From positions 1,302,001 to 1,366,000 of the forward strand of contig AP026126.1 in assembly GCA_030295235.1 (NCBI GenBank): DNA of 64,000 nt. Direction: 5' to 3'. Of this stretch, positions 35,115-48,117 are shown in pieces (position 1 is the first letter of the stretch; every line of letters begins with the position of its first letter). The stretch comes from Fistulifera solaris (Eukaryota). The position numbers were made by a program, and so were the translations under genes. The notes below the pieces were generated by a model that worked only from the letters and a program-made list of their open reading frames with translations, was not told where the DNA came from and did no database searches.

Positions 35115-38100
35115 ATGTCCAGCGACAGCGGTGGAACAAAGAAGCCAGACCGCGTGGAGAGCTGGAGGAGCGGAAAATATGCAAGGGCAAGGTCGCCGCA
35201 ACAGGAACCGCAACCGTACACCTCGCAGCCGGAGAGCCATTCATAGGGAAGGTGGAAGATCTCAAAGGAGTTATCTACGATGTGGTTGCGGGCAAAGAGA
35301 CCTTCACAGAAACCACAAAACAAATTGCACTTTATGTAAGCAGGGAATTTCCGACGCTGGAGAATATCGCGTGGGAATGGTGGAGTTGAGACTGGAAGAG
35401 CTGGTGCGACCTGAACCACCTGCAGATAGAAATGACCCGGTTGCGCTGGAGCTTTGGAAAGATGAAAAGGACGCTGTCCGGAAGAAAATGGAGAAAAGAG
35501 AGAGAGCATCAGGTCAGGTCTTCTCAACAGTTATGGACCAATGCTCGCCAGCACTCATAAACCGGTTGGAGGCTCACACGGATTGGACAAGGATTCATCG
35601 TGAGGGAGATGTTATAGAGCTTTTGAAGCTCATTCGGTCAAGCATGACTCTCGGGCAGACACGACAATACGATTACCATTCATGGGTGACAGTTGAAGGG
35701 AAGCTGCGGGAGTGCAAGCAGACAAAATATATGTCCAACCACGAGTATTACGAGAAATTTAAGGAATGTGTGGCAAATGCGGAGAGACTCGGGACCGAAG
35801 TCGGATATTCTGAGCTCGGGTGCAACAGGAACTGGACGAAAGCGCGGCTGATGGCGGGAACCCTACAGAAGAGGAGCTGTCTGCAGCAAAGAAGAAAGTG
35901 AAAGAGAGCTTCCTTGCGGTTATGTTTCTTGTCAATAGTGACCAGCGCAGATACGGCGAACTGCTACGAAACATCGAGAACGACTACACCCTCGGGACCC
36001 AAAAATACCCATCGACACTCAGCGCCGCGCATCGACTGCCTTATGAACTACAAGGTTGTCCCCATTGAACGTGGAAGAGACGAAGGTGGTGGCCTAGCAT
36101 TCTACAATAATGGACAGGAAGGCCGCGGGCGGTCGAGCAGGACGCGGGCAAGGTGGCCGGGACAGCAACGGCGGACGAGGGACGTGGCCGCGGGCGTGGC
36201 GGTGGACGCGGGGATGGAGATACAAACAACTCATCGGGCGGCAAAGTATCTGAAAATGGAGATGAGGAGGCAGATCACTCGCAATATCTCTTGGATCAAG
36301 CCGATAACAATAATGATGAAGTTGCTGCGCACACCATTGACTATGTAGACCGATTAGAGACTTGCTTGCAAGTGTTGGGCCACAATGGGATGCAGGCCGA
36401 GACTCTACTCCTAGATAGTTGCTCGACAGTGTGCCTTATATCAAACGGAAGGCTGCTACATGACATTCACGACGTAGATCAGCCAATGCGCAGCGATGCA
36501 ATGCTGGAGTCCGGGCAACAAGCAAAATGGGATACTTGGGCTCTTTCCCTGAACCGGTGTGGTATGATCCTGGGGGAATAGCAAATATCCTGTCCCTCTT
36601 TGTCGTGCAGAAATATTATCATGTTACTTTTGACAGCTCGAAGGACAACAGCTTTAAGGTTCACCTGGCGAACGCAAGCCTCTGCTTCCAACCAACTGCT
36701 AAAGGACTATATGCCATGGACAAAAACGCAAGTGACAAATACGACTGGGCTATGGTTACAACTGTTCAGCAAAAGATGTCCGGATACTCAGCACGAGCAT
36801 ACAATGCTGCCGTACGCCAGAACCATACAAAACATTATGATGTACCCCAGCGACCGACAGCTTGAGGAAATCGTTGACCACAACCTGATTAAAAACTTGG
36901 GCGTGACGCGTTCAGATATACAAGCCGCGAATGATATTTTTGGTCCCAACGTTGGGTCATTGTATGGTAAGACTGTGCGTGAAAGCGTCACCTCGCGTGC
37001 AGAGCATGGCCAACGGTATCCCCGCAGACATTCAATCCAAATGCAAAAACATTGTTCTCGGTATCGACATACTATTTGTGAACAAAGTTCCGTTCTTTAT
37101 TACCACATCCCGTGACTTACACTTTGGAACTGTGGAAGACCTCAACAATCGACAAATTCCCACCGTCTCCAGCGGCTCTTGAACAGGTTGTTAAACTATA
37201 CGAACGCCGAGGGGCTGAAAGTGGTCACCATCAACGCCGACCGTGAGTTTGCTCCACTTGAAACTGACTTCCCAAAGGTGACATTCAACTTTGCTTCAGC
37301 CGATGAGCATGTACCCGAAATTGAACGCTACATCCGAACCGTCAAGGACCGAGTGCAGCCGCTACAACACATTGCCTTTCACGCCGGATCCCTCGCCTCA
37401 TGCTGGTTCGCCTTGTTGCCAATGCAGTGTTCTGGCTGAATGCCTTTCCCCACAAGGACGGGCGTGTCCACTACTCTCTCTCCCCGATATTTATTAACTG
37501 GACAGCACCTTGATGCCTCCAAGCATGTCCGATGCGAATTTGGGAGCTATGTACAGACACACGAGAAGCATACATCTGACATGCAGCCACGAACCACTGG
37601 GGCCATCTGTCTTGGACCCACTGGAAATGAGCAAGGTGGACACTACTTCTTGTCTCTGAGCACCGGCGAAAGCCTACATCGGCAGTATTGGACTCCCATG
37701 ACAATGCCCAATGACGCGTTATTGCCCGTGTCAGCCAGCTTGGTGCCAAACAGAAAATGCCCAAAACTCTCACATTTGCCAATCGCTTCGGGTTAGAACT
37801 CCCCGATTACCCCCGACGATGCAGATGACGATCATGACTCTTCTTATTCTCCAAGTGATGATGACGACTCTTCCGTCGACACGTCTTTCTCCCCACGACT
37901 CCGACTCCGATCCCGACGACCCACTTGTTGGTCCTCCCGCCCCTTGCAGGAGTGAGCCCGCCCATCGTGATCGATAATCGGAATGTTGAACCGTTCAATG
38001 ACGGAATGGACCACCCAAATGATGTCCCTCACGATGCTGAAAACAACTCTATCGGAAGCACAGGACCGGGGGGATGACGAATCTAACTCTGTTGGGAGTG

Positions 38101-40309
38101 ATACACATGAGGACTCTGTCGAGACCACAGGAGTGGAAGACTCTGTCGAAAATGCAGGAGTGGGAGACTACGTCGAAAATGCAGGAGTGGAAGAAATGGA
38201 AGACACACCGAGCGAATCAGATCAAATTGCCGCTGAAATGGACACACGATATGGACCAAGAAACCACGGGATTAATCTCAGGCCCCGGAAACCGCTGGCA
38301 GCTGACCACCTTCATGCTTATCTTGCAGACCAAGACCCAGTACTGTTACAGGAATGCGTTCAGTCGGTCATGGACTCGCTGTTTATGACCGAACAACTGC
38401 CCCTTAATCGTGGATTGAAACTGTTTGGAAAGGACGGAGCTGACTCGGTAGTCAATGAGTTGAGGCAACTGGACCGAATGGATGCCATAATCCCACGAGA
38501 TCGAAAGTCTCTGAGCCGAGAACAATTGAAACGGGCTCTGCGGTACCTTATGTACCTCAAACAGAAAAGATGCGGTCGAATCAAGGCGGGTGCGCCGATG
38601 GACGTCTCGCGACTTTACAAGAGCAAGGAGGAGACCAGCTCGCCGACGGTGGTAACAGAGTCTGTGTTTCTCACGGCGCTAGTGGCAGCTCTGGAGAGGC
38701 GCAAGTCAATGACACTTGATATCCCAGGAGCGTTCATGCATTCAAAAATGGATGAGCTCATACACATGAAACTCGAGGGGCCGATGGCGGAATTGCTAGC
38801 CAGGGTCAACCCAGGGAAGTATCGAAAGTATATTGTCACAGAGAATGGAAGGCCAGTAGTGTACGTTGAGCTTGCAAAAGCTCTATACGGGACATTACAA
38901 GCCGCCTTTCTTTTTACAAAAACATTTCATCCTTTCTGGTGGACGAGCTGGGGTTCACAATCAACCCATACGACAGCTGTGTTGCGAACAAAACAATCGA
39001 CGGAAAACAATGCACCATCTGCTGGCACGTGGACGATCTGATGATCACACATGTCGATCAAAAGGTGCTGGACGACATTGCAGAAAAATTCAACAACAAA
39101 TACGGTTCTCCCGAGGCACCGGTGACTGCAACTCGCGGGGAAGTTCACGATTATCTCGGAATGACACTTGACTTTTCTGAGGACGGGAAGGTTCAGTTCC
39201 GGATGGATGATTACGTTGAAAACTTGTTGAACGAAGCACCAAGCGATTTTGAAGGAACCTCTGTGACTCCTGCAACGGCCAACCTCTTCACTGTCAACGA
39301 TCAAGCAGAGAAACTTCCACCGGAAAAAGCAGAACTATTCCACCGGTTCACTGCCAAGCTCCTTTACTTGTGCAAACGCGTGCGAATTGATATTCAGACT
39401 GCGGTTGCATTCCTCACCACGCGAGTGAAACAACCCGATGTGGACGATTGGAAGAAGTTGGCGAGATGCATCCGATATCTTCGAGCAGATCCAAAACTCC
39501 CACTGACCCTCGAGATGGCTGATTGTTGTAAAATCGAATGGTGGATTGATGCGTCGTTTGCCGTGCATCGCGACATGCGAAGTCACACGGGGCTGACGAT
39601 GTCTTTAGGAAAAGGGTCAGCAATATCGAGCTCGACCCGACAGAAGATCAACACGAAGAGTTCGACAGAGGCCGAGTTGGTCGGAGTGGACGACGGAATG
39701 CACTTGATAACCTGGACTCGGAATTTTTTAGAGGCACAGGGGGTGAAATTAACCGACAATGTTGTCTATCAAGACAATCAAAGTGCCATTCTGTTAGAAA
39801 GGAATGGCAGGGCTTCGAGCGGGCGACGCAGTCGACACATCGACATCCGGTATTTCTTTGTGACAGACCGAATAAAAAACAAGGAGCTCCGCGTCGAGTA
39901 CTGCCCAACAACCGAGATGCTTGCAGACTTTTTTACTAAACCACTCCAGGGAAGCTTGTTCCGAAAGATGCGACAACGCGTGATGAACCTTGGATCGAGA
40001 GATGTGGATGATGCGATTCTGTGTCAAGACGGTTCACAGGAGTGTGTTGGAAATGAAGATGGCTGGAGGGTCGTCCGTCGTCGGAGACACGAGGGACGAG
40101 ACGTGCACACACGGGCAACGAACGGAAATCAGAGAGAATTCCGTGTCGGCCATCAACATCAAAGGATGACCCGCCCTGACCACGAAATCGACGAACGTAA
40201 GAGACACACGGCAAATGACTTCAGTAAATCAATTAGCAGCCACAGGAAAGTGAACACGTCAGCCACGCTGCATCCTGTTGTGACCAGGGGCATAACGACG
40301 ACGGGCTGA
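35115..40309 (+). CDS. Copia gag-pol polyprotein (multiple apparent frameshifts)
   Basis: Gag-like helical region, then protease LLLDSCSTV, integrase GIDILFV / NADREF / EHVPEIERYIRTVK, RT LDIPGAF / KALYG / WHVDDL, and RNase H IDASFA / SSTEAE / QDNQSAI / HIDIRYFF / ADFFTKPL. The last frame runs into the 3' LTR; the stop position depends on the 1-bp LTR difference. Confidence 0.93.
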
Positions 40310-40432
40310 AGTGCTCATTCTTTTGCGTGAATCTAAAGTAATACGAAAGTTATCTTTACTCGGTGTTCATAACAATATTCATCGCTGTCTTGATTGGACG
40401 CGATTATTGTTACAGAAACTGTAGTTTCAACA
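40045..40432 (+). repeat. 3' LTR (388 bp)
   Basis: Direct repeat of 34693-35081, followed by the TSD CAATG. Confidence 0.96.
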
Positions 40433-40800
40433 CAATGTCGACTGAATCTTTCTTGTTGCCTGCACAAAACATCATTAACACCGTTACAGTTTAGGTTCAT
40501 GGTTCACAGTCTGTCTTGTCAATTTTTTCCACTTTCCATTGGAGTTACATGTTATCCCTATCCCTGAGTGAAAAGGAAGATGCAGGTTCGGTGATAAAAT
40601 AATGAAAAAAGCGAAGAACTTCGCACCTCGTCCGCCGCGCTTATCATTCATTTTTTTCGTCCATTGTTGTCTTTATCAAAAAACAATAAGAACCCTGACA
40701 GGAGTTCAAAGTTCTACGAAACGAAACCATATGGTGTTTCATCCAATAATTTTAAAACTGAATAGAGACAAACTGCATTGAAGAGGAAAATCTTATTAGA

Positions 40801-43628
40801 ATGAGTCGCGGAGAACAGCGACCTCTACTACCACATCGGGAGATCCAAGATGAATCTGAATCTTCTGGATGGGAATCGCTCCACCATGAATCGCAATGCT
40901 CTTCTGCAATAATACACACCTTGAGAGGATCGTGGAATAAGCCTCATGTAAGGGCTCGTATAGGCCCTGCCGCTCATCTGGTACGCGATGCGGCGATGGA
41001 CTTGGATGCCGAGAATCCCTCGGAAGGAGCCTATGATCCGTACCATGCTCGTCACAAGAATGATACGTGGCGCAACGTCGTATCCCTATTATGTCACCGA
41101 GTGTGTGCTTATCCGCCCACGGTGAATCTATTCAATTTGGTGGCGTGGGTCATGCTGTTTCTGACATTCATTGAACCTCCCTATTGGTGTCTGGCGAATG
41201 ATGAATACCCAGAGCGATCATGCGCTGGCCTATTGTCAGCACGAGGGGTACCCGCTGGTGCCGAGGGAGACGAGATCGTGAGTGAGGTGGAGTACTATCC
41301 GAATGCACACGCTGTGCTCCTCGATGAAGCCACGTCTCGCCAAATCGAATCCGTTTTGGTTGCCATTCTTTTCGGTGTCATACTTCTACGGATCGGTCGT
41401 GATGGGCTCAGTTTGACACGATACTTACGCAAAGGCCCTGCACAATGGAACCGCCTAGCGCAGTTGGCGTCTTTGAGTTTTATTGCTTACGGGCTGTGGA
41501 CGGATCATGCCGGTTACTGTCCTTCTGCACGCTTGGCCATTGTCATGTCGCTGGATAATTTCGGCTTTCAGCGCGAACTGCGGGATCTAGTCGAAGTGCT
41601 TCCTCGTGTTTTTCAGATTTTGGCATTGTTAAGCTTGCTCATACTCTTTTACGGTTGGTTTGGTACTCTTCTCTTTGCAAACACGATGGAAGGGAAGACC
41701 TCGTTCTCCAACATAGTCGAAGCCATTGTAAGAATCGTCACAGCTGCGTTTTCAAACTCAGAGGGATATCGCATGGCTCATCTTTTCTTTTCTTTTCCAG
41801 TGGACGCTATGGATGTGTGTTACAACAGGTATGTGTTTAACGATGATTTACTGTTTCCATCAATTGTTACTAAACGCTGCAAACCCCCAAGTCAATTATC
41901 CGGATGTCATGATGCCCGCGTATAACCGGAATCGCTGGGTGGCATTGTATTTCATTTCGTTCATGGCAATTGCTTTTTTCTTTCTAATGAATCTTATTCT
42001 TGCCGTGATTGTTAACCAATACAACGAAGCTGCTACACAGCGATCGAAGGATCACCGTGCATTATCGAAGGATTGTTTAACGAAAGCATACAAACTTCTG
42101 GATCCACATGAAGTAGGCTGGATTGATCGCAGAACTGTCATGGAATTGTTTCGTCTTCTGAAGGAAGATTTTCCAGAATTTCGACATCTGTCGGAGGAGC
42201 AAGGGAATATTATTTTTGGCTTGTTGGCAAGAAGCCATCCGTCCAAGATATCAAAGGAAGAGTTCATGAAGCTATCAACCCTTTTGTTACTTGAATTTGT
42301 TCGCGAAAGTGACTATTCGACTTGGGTTGAGCGCCGCTACCCAGAGTACTTTCAGAGCAGCCAACATCAAGCATTTTGTAGCCATGTCAAATCGGATCGC
42401 TTCGAGTATGCAATTGACTTCATTCTGTTGATGAACGCAATAGTAGCCGTCATGCAATCGTATCCTGAATTGTCAGGAAGCACCGCCTCCGGTAAGTTTC
42501 TGTCAGCTAGTTTAACAAGATCCTTCGGTGCCTGACTCTTGCCTTCTCGTCTAGATCCGCTTTATATCGGTGGTCCCATCGATACCACTGAAGAGATTGT
42601 TGGCACATTTTTTACCGCCCTTTATGGGGTGGAGGTCTTCACTAAGATAACCGTGTATGGTCGGAAATCATACTTTGAGGATCAAAGAAATGTTTTTGAT
42701 TTCACGATGACGATGTTAGCTTTCGTACGGGTCGCACTGATGTTTTCTCCAGAAAGCGTACTTTTCGATATTCAATTGATTCGTTTGATTGTGATGCTCC
42801 GTGTGCTTCGTATAATTCGCTTTCTTCCTGGAATCAACGTACTTCAGTTACTTTTTCGAAAAGAAGCGAAAATATTGAAGTACGCAGTCAGCATTCTGTT
42901 GCTGCTGTTCTTTGTTTTCTTTCTGTTCAGCTCGGTAAGCCCCGTTGCAACGATACAATGCTTCTCTATCGAATCCTAACAAGCATTTCATGAATACGCC
43001 GTGAACCCCTCGATCAGTTCGGTGTTCATCATTACGGTGGACTAATTTCACGAGATCCATCCAATCGACTTTCCGAACTAGTGCTGAACACAGTCTTTTC
43101 TGAGAGCGATTACTGGGCCAATAACTTCAACGACATGATCAGTGGCATGAATGTAAGTAACGCATCATCGTTTCCATATTAAATCCTTACTAACGAATTA
43201 CTCTATTTACAAAGGTCTTGTTCAACTTGCTCGTTACAAATAATTGGGATGAATGCGAGATAGGTTTTGAAGCAGTTACTGAAGCGAAATGGGTCAGATG
43301 GTTCTTCCTTTTCTTCCACTTAACAGCTGTGGTTTTAGTCAACAATCTCGTTGTGGCGTTTGTCATTGAAGCGTTTTTTGAGCAGCTAGCTTTATCAAAC
43401 AATCAACAAAAGGAAGAAGCCGAACGATACGGAGAAGTTATTCTAAATGGCGGACACATAATTCTGAAGACCGCCATTTTTGGCAGCAAGGTAGCCCCCT
43501 ACACGGGGGCTTATCGCGTCCGTTTACGTTATGCGGGCGGCGACATTACAGGCAGTAAACGTGATCATCAAGATGTCGAAGAGAATCTGACAATGTTGCT
43601 GTCCCAGCCAGTTAGCCCCTATTTGTGA
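40801..43628 (+). CDS. TPC: Two-pore channel (TPC family), multi-exon
   Basis: FIEPPYWC. Pore 1 VTTVNYPDVMMPAY is assembled across intron 41829-41891. EF-hand-like linker, S4 RLIVMLRVLRIIRF, YWANNFND, and pore 2 FNLLVTNNW. About five introns. Confidence 0.9.
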
Positions 43629-43844
43629 ATATAGTTGTAGATTACTCCACATTTTTATCCGCCAACAATGCCCCTCGACAATCAACATCGATTGAAGTTT
43701 CTTGAAGCTTCAGACGCTGACAGGCCAGACCCTGTAATCCGCCTACGTACAACGTGCAGGGAGTTAATGATCTTCAGTCATGGCACTGGAATATCCCTGC
43801 TGCACAGAATAAGTAGTAATCAAGTGATTTTCCTCGAGGCGATT

Positions 43845-45419
43845 CTAAGGACGACTGCTATCACCCCACAACTTCCCGCCCGCTATATGCTCTCGCATAG
43901 ATTCTTGCCCAGTAACTCCTTTCTTCTTGCGAACAGTTCGTTTCCTGTTTACTGCTCGGTATTCAAGAGACTCTGAGCCATCCTTATCGTCTTCCGTAAA
44001 TTTCTCCAGATCCTGATCATTCAACTGCCCGCTCTGCATAATGCCCCGAGCGATTGGCAGTTGCCACCCATACGCTAGAACTGTAGTTGTACCTTTTCGA
44101 CCTGCTCGAGCCGTACGTCCTACCCGTCGAATGTATTCCGCAGGATCCTTCGGAAAGTCAAAAATGACTACATGATCGACGGGCGAAGCCGCAAAATCCA
44201 CCCCACGGGCAGCACGATCGGTGCATATCAATAGAGAGTCTATATCCTGTTCTTGCCGGACAAACTCCGCTAGGTTTTCACGTCGTGCTTCAGGAGTCAT
44301 AGCGCCATGATAAGTGTAGATCTTATTGACGCGTTCGCTTCTATCTTTTCTTTTCAACAAGTTTTCCACCTGTCGGCAGCTTTCTACCGTATTGCAAAAG
44401 ATGAGTGTGCGTCTGCACCGGTTCTTGCGAAGCGCCGCCATAAGTTCTTTCGCCTTTACCTCAAAGCAATATTTGGGATCACGATTATACTGAGGTGGCA
44501 CTGACACATCAATCAAACGTTCCTCTACAGTCATTGCAACGCGATGTAGGCCTGGCCCTTTCACAACTTGTACATCAGGGAACTCTCTTTGCACAGTTTC
44601 GATAACGGAATTGGGCAAAGTCGCAGTAACAAACACAAACTGAGGAGTGGTCTGCAAAGCTGCACCCAGTGTCCGAAGCTGAGGTCCAAACGTTTCATCC
44701 ACTAGCAGAATATCCACTTCGTCCAGCACGACAGCCTGTACGCGACTTAAGTCAAGTCCTGCTTGTCGTGTCCTTAGAATAGTTGCTATTCGTCCTGGAG
44801 TCGAAATCAGAACATCATAGCTTTTCTTCTGCTGCAGCATTCGAATCTGATCCCGGATGTTTGTAGCATACTGACCCGTTGCCGTTAGTACCACCGATGG
44901 TACCGTAAGCTTGTCACACACCACCTTGATTTGATCCGCTAATTCGGCCGTCGGGGCGAGAACAATTATAGCCGGTGATGCTTTGCTATTAAAGGATCGG
45001 TTCAATAGCGGCAGAAGGTATGCTAACGTTTTTCCACTGCCTGTTTGATCGGCGATAATCGCATTCTTTCCTTGAAACAAAACGGGCCACGCGAGATTCT
45101 GTATTTTGGAAGGGCGCGTGATTCCTGCGTCGCGACAAAGTTTTCGAAATAAGGGTTTGTCTGCCGCGAAGGACGCCAGAGAATTGCGACTGAAAAAGTG
45201 CGATTGAGCGTGATTTGTGTTTCCACTGTCACCCACACGATATGTTTGTTCTGTTGGAGACTTGTTGTAGAAGATATCATCATCGTCTGCATCGTGAAAT
45301 GAATGACTGATCGCGGTCGGACGAGCCATGCGCGACGAACATTTTGTTTTGACGTTCGTCTGAAAGGCCTTCACAAGCGGAATCAGCCACAAGCAGTAGA
45401 TACTCAAAGACGATCTCAT
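43845..45419 (-). CDS. DEAD-box RNA helicase, probably plastid-targeted
   Basis: Q motif [43 protein letters not shown]-terminus ...LVKA-FQ. Confidence 0.93.
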   Translation of the reverse strand: MRSSLSIYCLWLIPLVKAFQTNVKTKCSSRMARPTAISHSFHDADDDDIFYNKSPTEQTYRVGDSGNTNHAQSHFFSRNSLASFAADKPLFRKLCRDAGITRPSKIQNLAWPVLFQGKNAIIADQTGSGKTLAYLLPLLNRSFNSKASPAIIVLAPTAELADQIKVVCDKLTVPSVVLTATGQYATNIRDQIRMLQQKKSYDVLISTPGRIATILRTRQAGLDLSRVQAVVLDEVDILLVDETFGPQLRTLGAALQTTPQFVFVTATLPNSVIETVQREFPDVQVVKGPGLHRVAMTVEERLIDVSVPPQYNRDPKYCFEVKAKELMAALRKNRCRRTLIFCNTVESCRQVENLLKRKDRSERVNKIYTYHGAMTPEARRENLAEFVRQEQDIDSLLICTDRAARGVDFAASPVDHVVIFDFPKDPAEYIRRVGRTARAGRKGTTTVLAYGWQLPIARGIMQSGQLNDQDLEKFTEDDKDGSESLEYRAVNRKRTVRKKKGVTGQESMREHIAGGKLWGDSSRP

Positions 45420-45595
45420 ATTGCATAAATGGTACAGAAAACGAAATTGTTGGCAGCTCAGAGGAAAATAGGGATGATTATTTCTGGGGTAAAAGGTGAC
45501 TGTAGTTGTTTTGAGTTTCTTGTCAATGAATGGTTCGAGGGAGTGATGGAAAAACTGCTGCCTAGGCCACAGTCGTACAGGTATACAGATGATGA

Positions 45596-46043
45596 AAACA
45601 ACACATATATATTTTATTCCTAATTTTTTAATCGTCAGAATCTAATCTTGACATTCGACTGAATTTTCCACTTTTCATTCACATATATTTCAGTCTGACA
45701 CTTCAATGAGTAAGCTTTGGTTGTAACTCCCTAGCCTTAGTGCGCTAGTAGAGGGCCAGTCCCGAGCCCGTTTCCCAATGAGGGGGATTCCGTTTTGGCA
45801 TTCCTTCTCTTGGATTTCGCAGAAGCATACTAACTGACCTGACCAGGGAAAGACTCATGCGCGCCCGGATGAAGCCACAGATCTCGGAGTATGGCTTGTT
45901 CCACTTCCGCTGAAGTTTTCTTGCAAGCTGTCTCGATGCTGAAATAGCCTGTTGTCCCATCATTCCGTCAATGGAAAAGACCAGGGGAGTGAAGTCTCGT
46001 CTGCGTTCGTGGCAAGGGGGTCCGTACATGCTACGCTTTTCAC
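45596..46043 (-). mobile_element. 5'-truncated non-LTR retrotransposon fragment (CRE-like restriction-like endonuclease C-terminus plus 3' UTR)
   Basis: EKRSMY...FTPLVFSIDG.MG..A...LARKLQRKWNKPYS..CGFIRARMSLSLVR matches the pattern I recognise from the C-terminus of CRE-clade ORFs. Stop at 45745, then an AT-rich tail. Boundaries are inferred. Confidence 0.6.
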
Positions 46044-46373
46044 GATGATGATGATTTTCATTCTATCACAGTTGAGATGCGATCAGAACCGAGTTTCACT
46101 TTTAATGCAAATACTACTAGATGGTGAATTGTGTAAAGCATTAGAGTAGAGGGTGAAGGACAAAAACCAGACGCGCGCAAAATTCGTCCGCGCGGCATAG
46201 CCAACGAAATTCAAACTCGAAGACGAATGCATAGATCACGAAACAAACATGAGAACCACGTTTTCATCAACATTTCTCCCTGATCGACGCCACTAGCTTC
46301 GTAGTAACACATTCCCGACTTCTTTCCTGAAACAATAAAAGAGGAAAGCTATCGGAAGTCACAAAGAAAGAGG

Positions 46374-48117
46374 ATGGCGGCGACAGCCGTTCTAAATAAC
46401 ACAAACATGGAACCGCAGTGTCGTGCTTGTCATTCGACGGCCCTCTATACAGACTGGTCGCAAGGAGACCGTATTTGTACATCATGCGGGGTCGTTGACG
46501 AAGAACATATAATGGATAGAGGACCAGAATGGCGAGACTATCAAGATGACCCAGAGTCCACCGCACAACGGAGCGGTATGGTCCCCGTCAACGAGGATTT
46601 ATATTTAGGCGGCTTACAACCAACACTCGTGTCAAGTTATACGTTCGGCGATCGCAATCCATCCATACGGAACAGGCTGGCGTCAGCGAATCATAAAATT
46701 GACTATCTGATGCAAAAACAGCACGCTAAAGCGTTGTCGTCGGCGCATTTGTCGCATAAGATTAGGAGAAAGCACAACACCGAATTGTCACATCAAGACG
46801 TGCGACCCGAACTGGAACAGCTCATTGTAAAGGAAGAAGACGATGCCAACCGATTACGTACCGCCATGTACGCTGAAAAGTGGTCACTGCAACGTGCTAT
46901 TCGATGGCACGAAGGACACGAGGTTGAACAAGCTCAATCGGATAAAGTTCTACAGAAGGCTGCTCACGATCTTTATGCAGCGTACTCGATGCTCTTGGAA
47001 AGCGCCGATGCTTTGGATCTAAATGAAAGAGTGAAACAAGAGGCATCAAATTTGTTATGTAAATATGCTACTCTGCGGGATGGCTTGCTGGTTCGAGGCA
47101 TAGCCATTGCGAGACGTAAAAGCGCAGTGGAGCCTGTTCAGGAACCGGATGTTTGCAAGAAAAGACGGCTGGTACCAGCGCAAAGGCAACGTGTATTAGA
47201 ACAGGCAGCAAAAGATTCACTCAATGACTACAACAAAGTGAAACAGCATGGAGCTCTCTGTGCCGCAATCCTCTTCTTGACGGCCCGAAATTTGAAACAA
47301 CCTCGGCCGCTCGCAGATGTCTGTAACAGCATACAACCACCAAAAATCGATTGCCGACACGAATTCATATTTGTTAAATGAAGATATATTCATTAAGAAA
47401 AGACACTGTTCTCGAGCTTTTCACGAAATCAAAGAGACTTTTCCCGACTTTGCACAAGCGGCGTCATCAGCAGACGGTATCACGACAATGGAAGATCCGA
47501 CTGGTGAAGATGCTATTCACAGCCTGATAGAGCATACGCTTCGCAAACTGCACTTGCCTCCCGTGGCTGAGACATGTGTGCAGTTCTTGATGCAACTGTT
47601 ACAAGGATCGAAGGAGACGAAGGTTAACATTGCTGCTATCACACTTTTTGTGTGTCATGCTGGCAGCACGATGCAGCGTCTCGCACAGCAGTCACGGCAA
47701 CAAAGCCGCAGCTCACCGTTCTGTAGGAAACGAACGTTCAATTACACCAAACAATTGTCCAATGAAGCAAAAAGTGGTCTCGATTCCAGTCAGCTGGTAG
47801 AAGAACAACGAACGTACCTGATGCAAAGGATGTGGGACGCATGGAATGAACAGACGGAGTGGGCCCGTAGTGTCATCGAAGTTGAGAATTGTTGCGGGGT
47901 ATCTAGCAAGCTTATCTCGGAATTCTACCAGACGAATCTCTATCCGAAGAGACATGAGCTACTGCTGTCGCTGCAGGATGCAGTTAAAATAAGTGGACAT
48001 AGCGATCTCGTCTCTGGAGGCACACAGCAACGTGTATCCGAAACGCCGCAGGCCTCAATTCTCTTGACGCGTTTGACCGCAGCAAGTCCACTCATGAAAC
48101 CCTCGTCAAAGTTGTAA
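46374..48117 (+). CDS. TFIIB-related protein
   Basis: Zinc ribbon CRAC..DWSQGDRICTSCGVV..HIMDRGPEWRDY, and cyclin-fold-like ALCAAILFLTARNLKQPRPLADV. One frameshift near 47370. Confidence 0.8.

Larger units (their letters stand above)
34693..40432 (+). mobile_element. Full-length Ty1/copia LTR retrotransposon (CoDi-like), 5740 bp
   Basis: Two TG...CA LTRs and a 5-bp TSD CAATG at 34688-34692 and 40433-40437. Domain order is gag-PR-IN-RT-RH. PPT-like CACAGGAGTG at 40035-40044. Confidence 0.97.
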
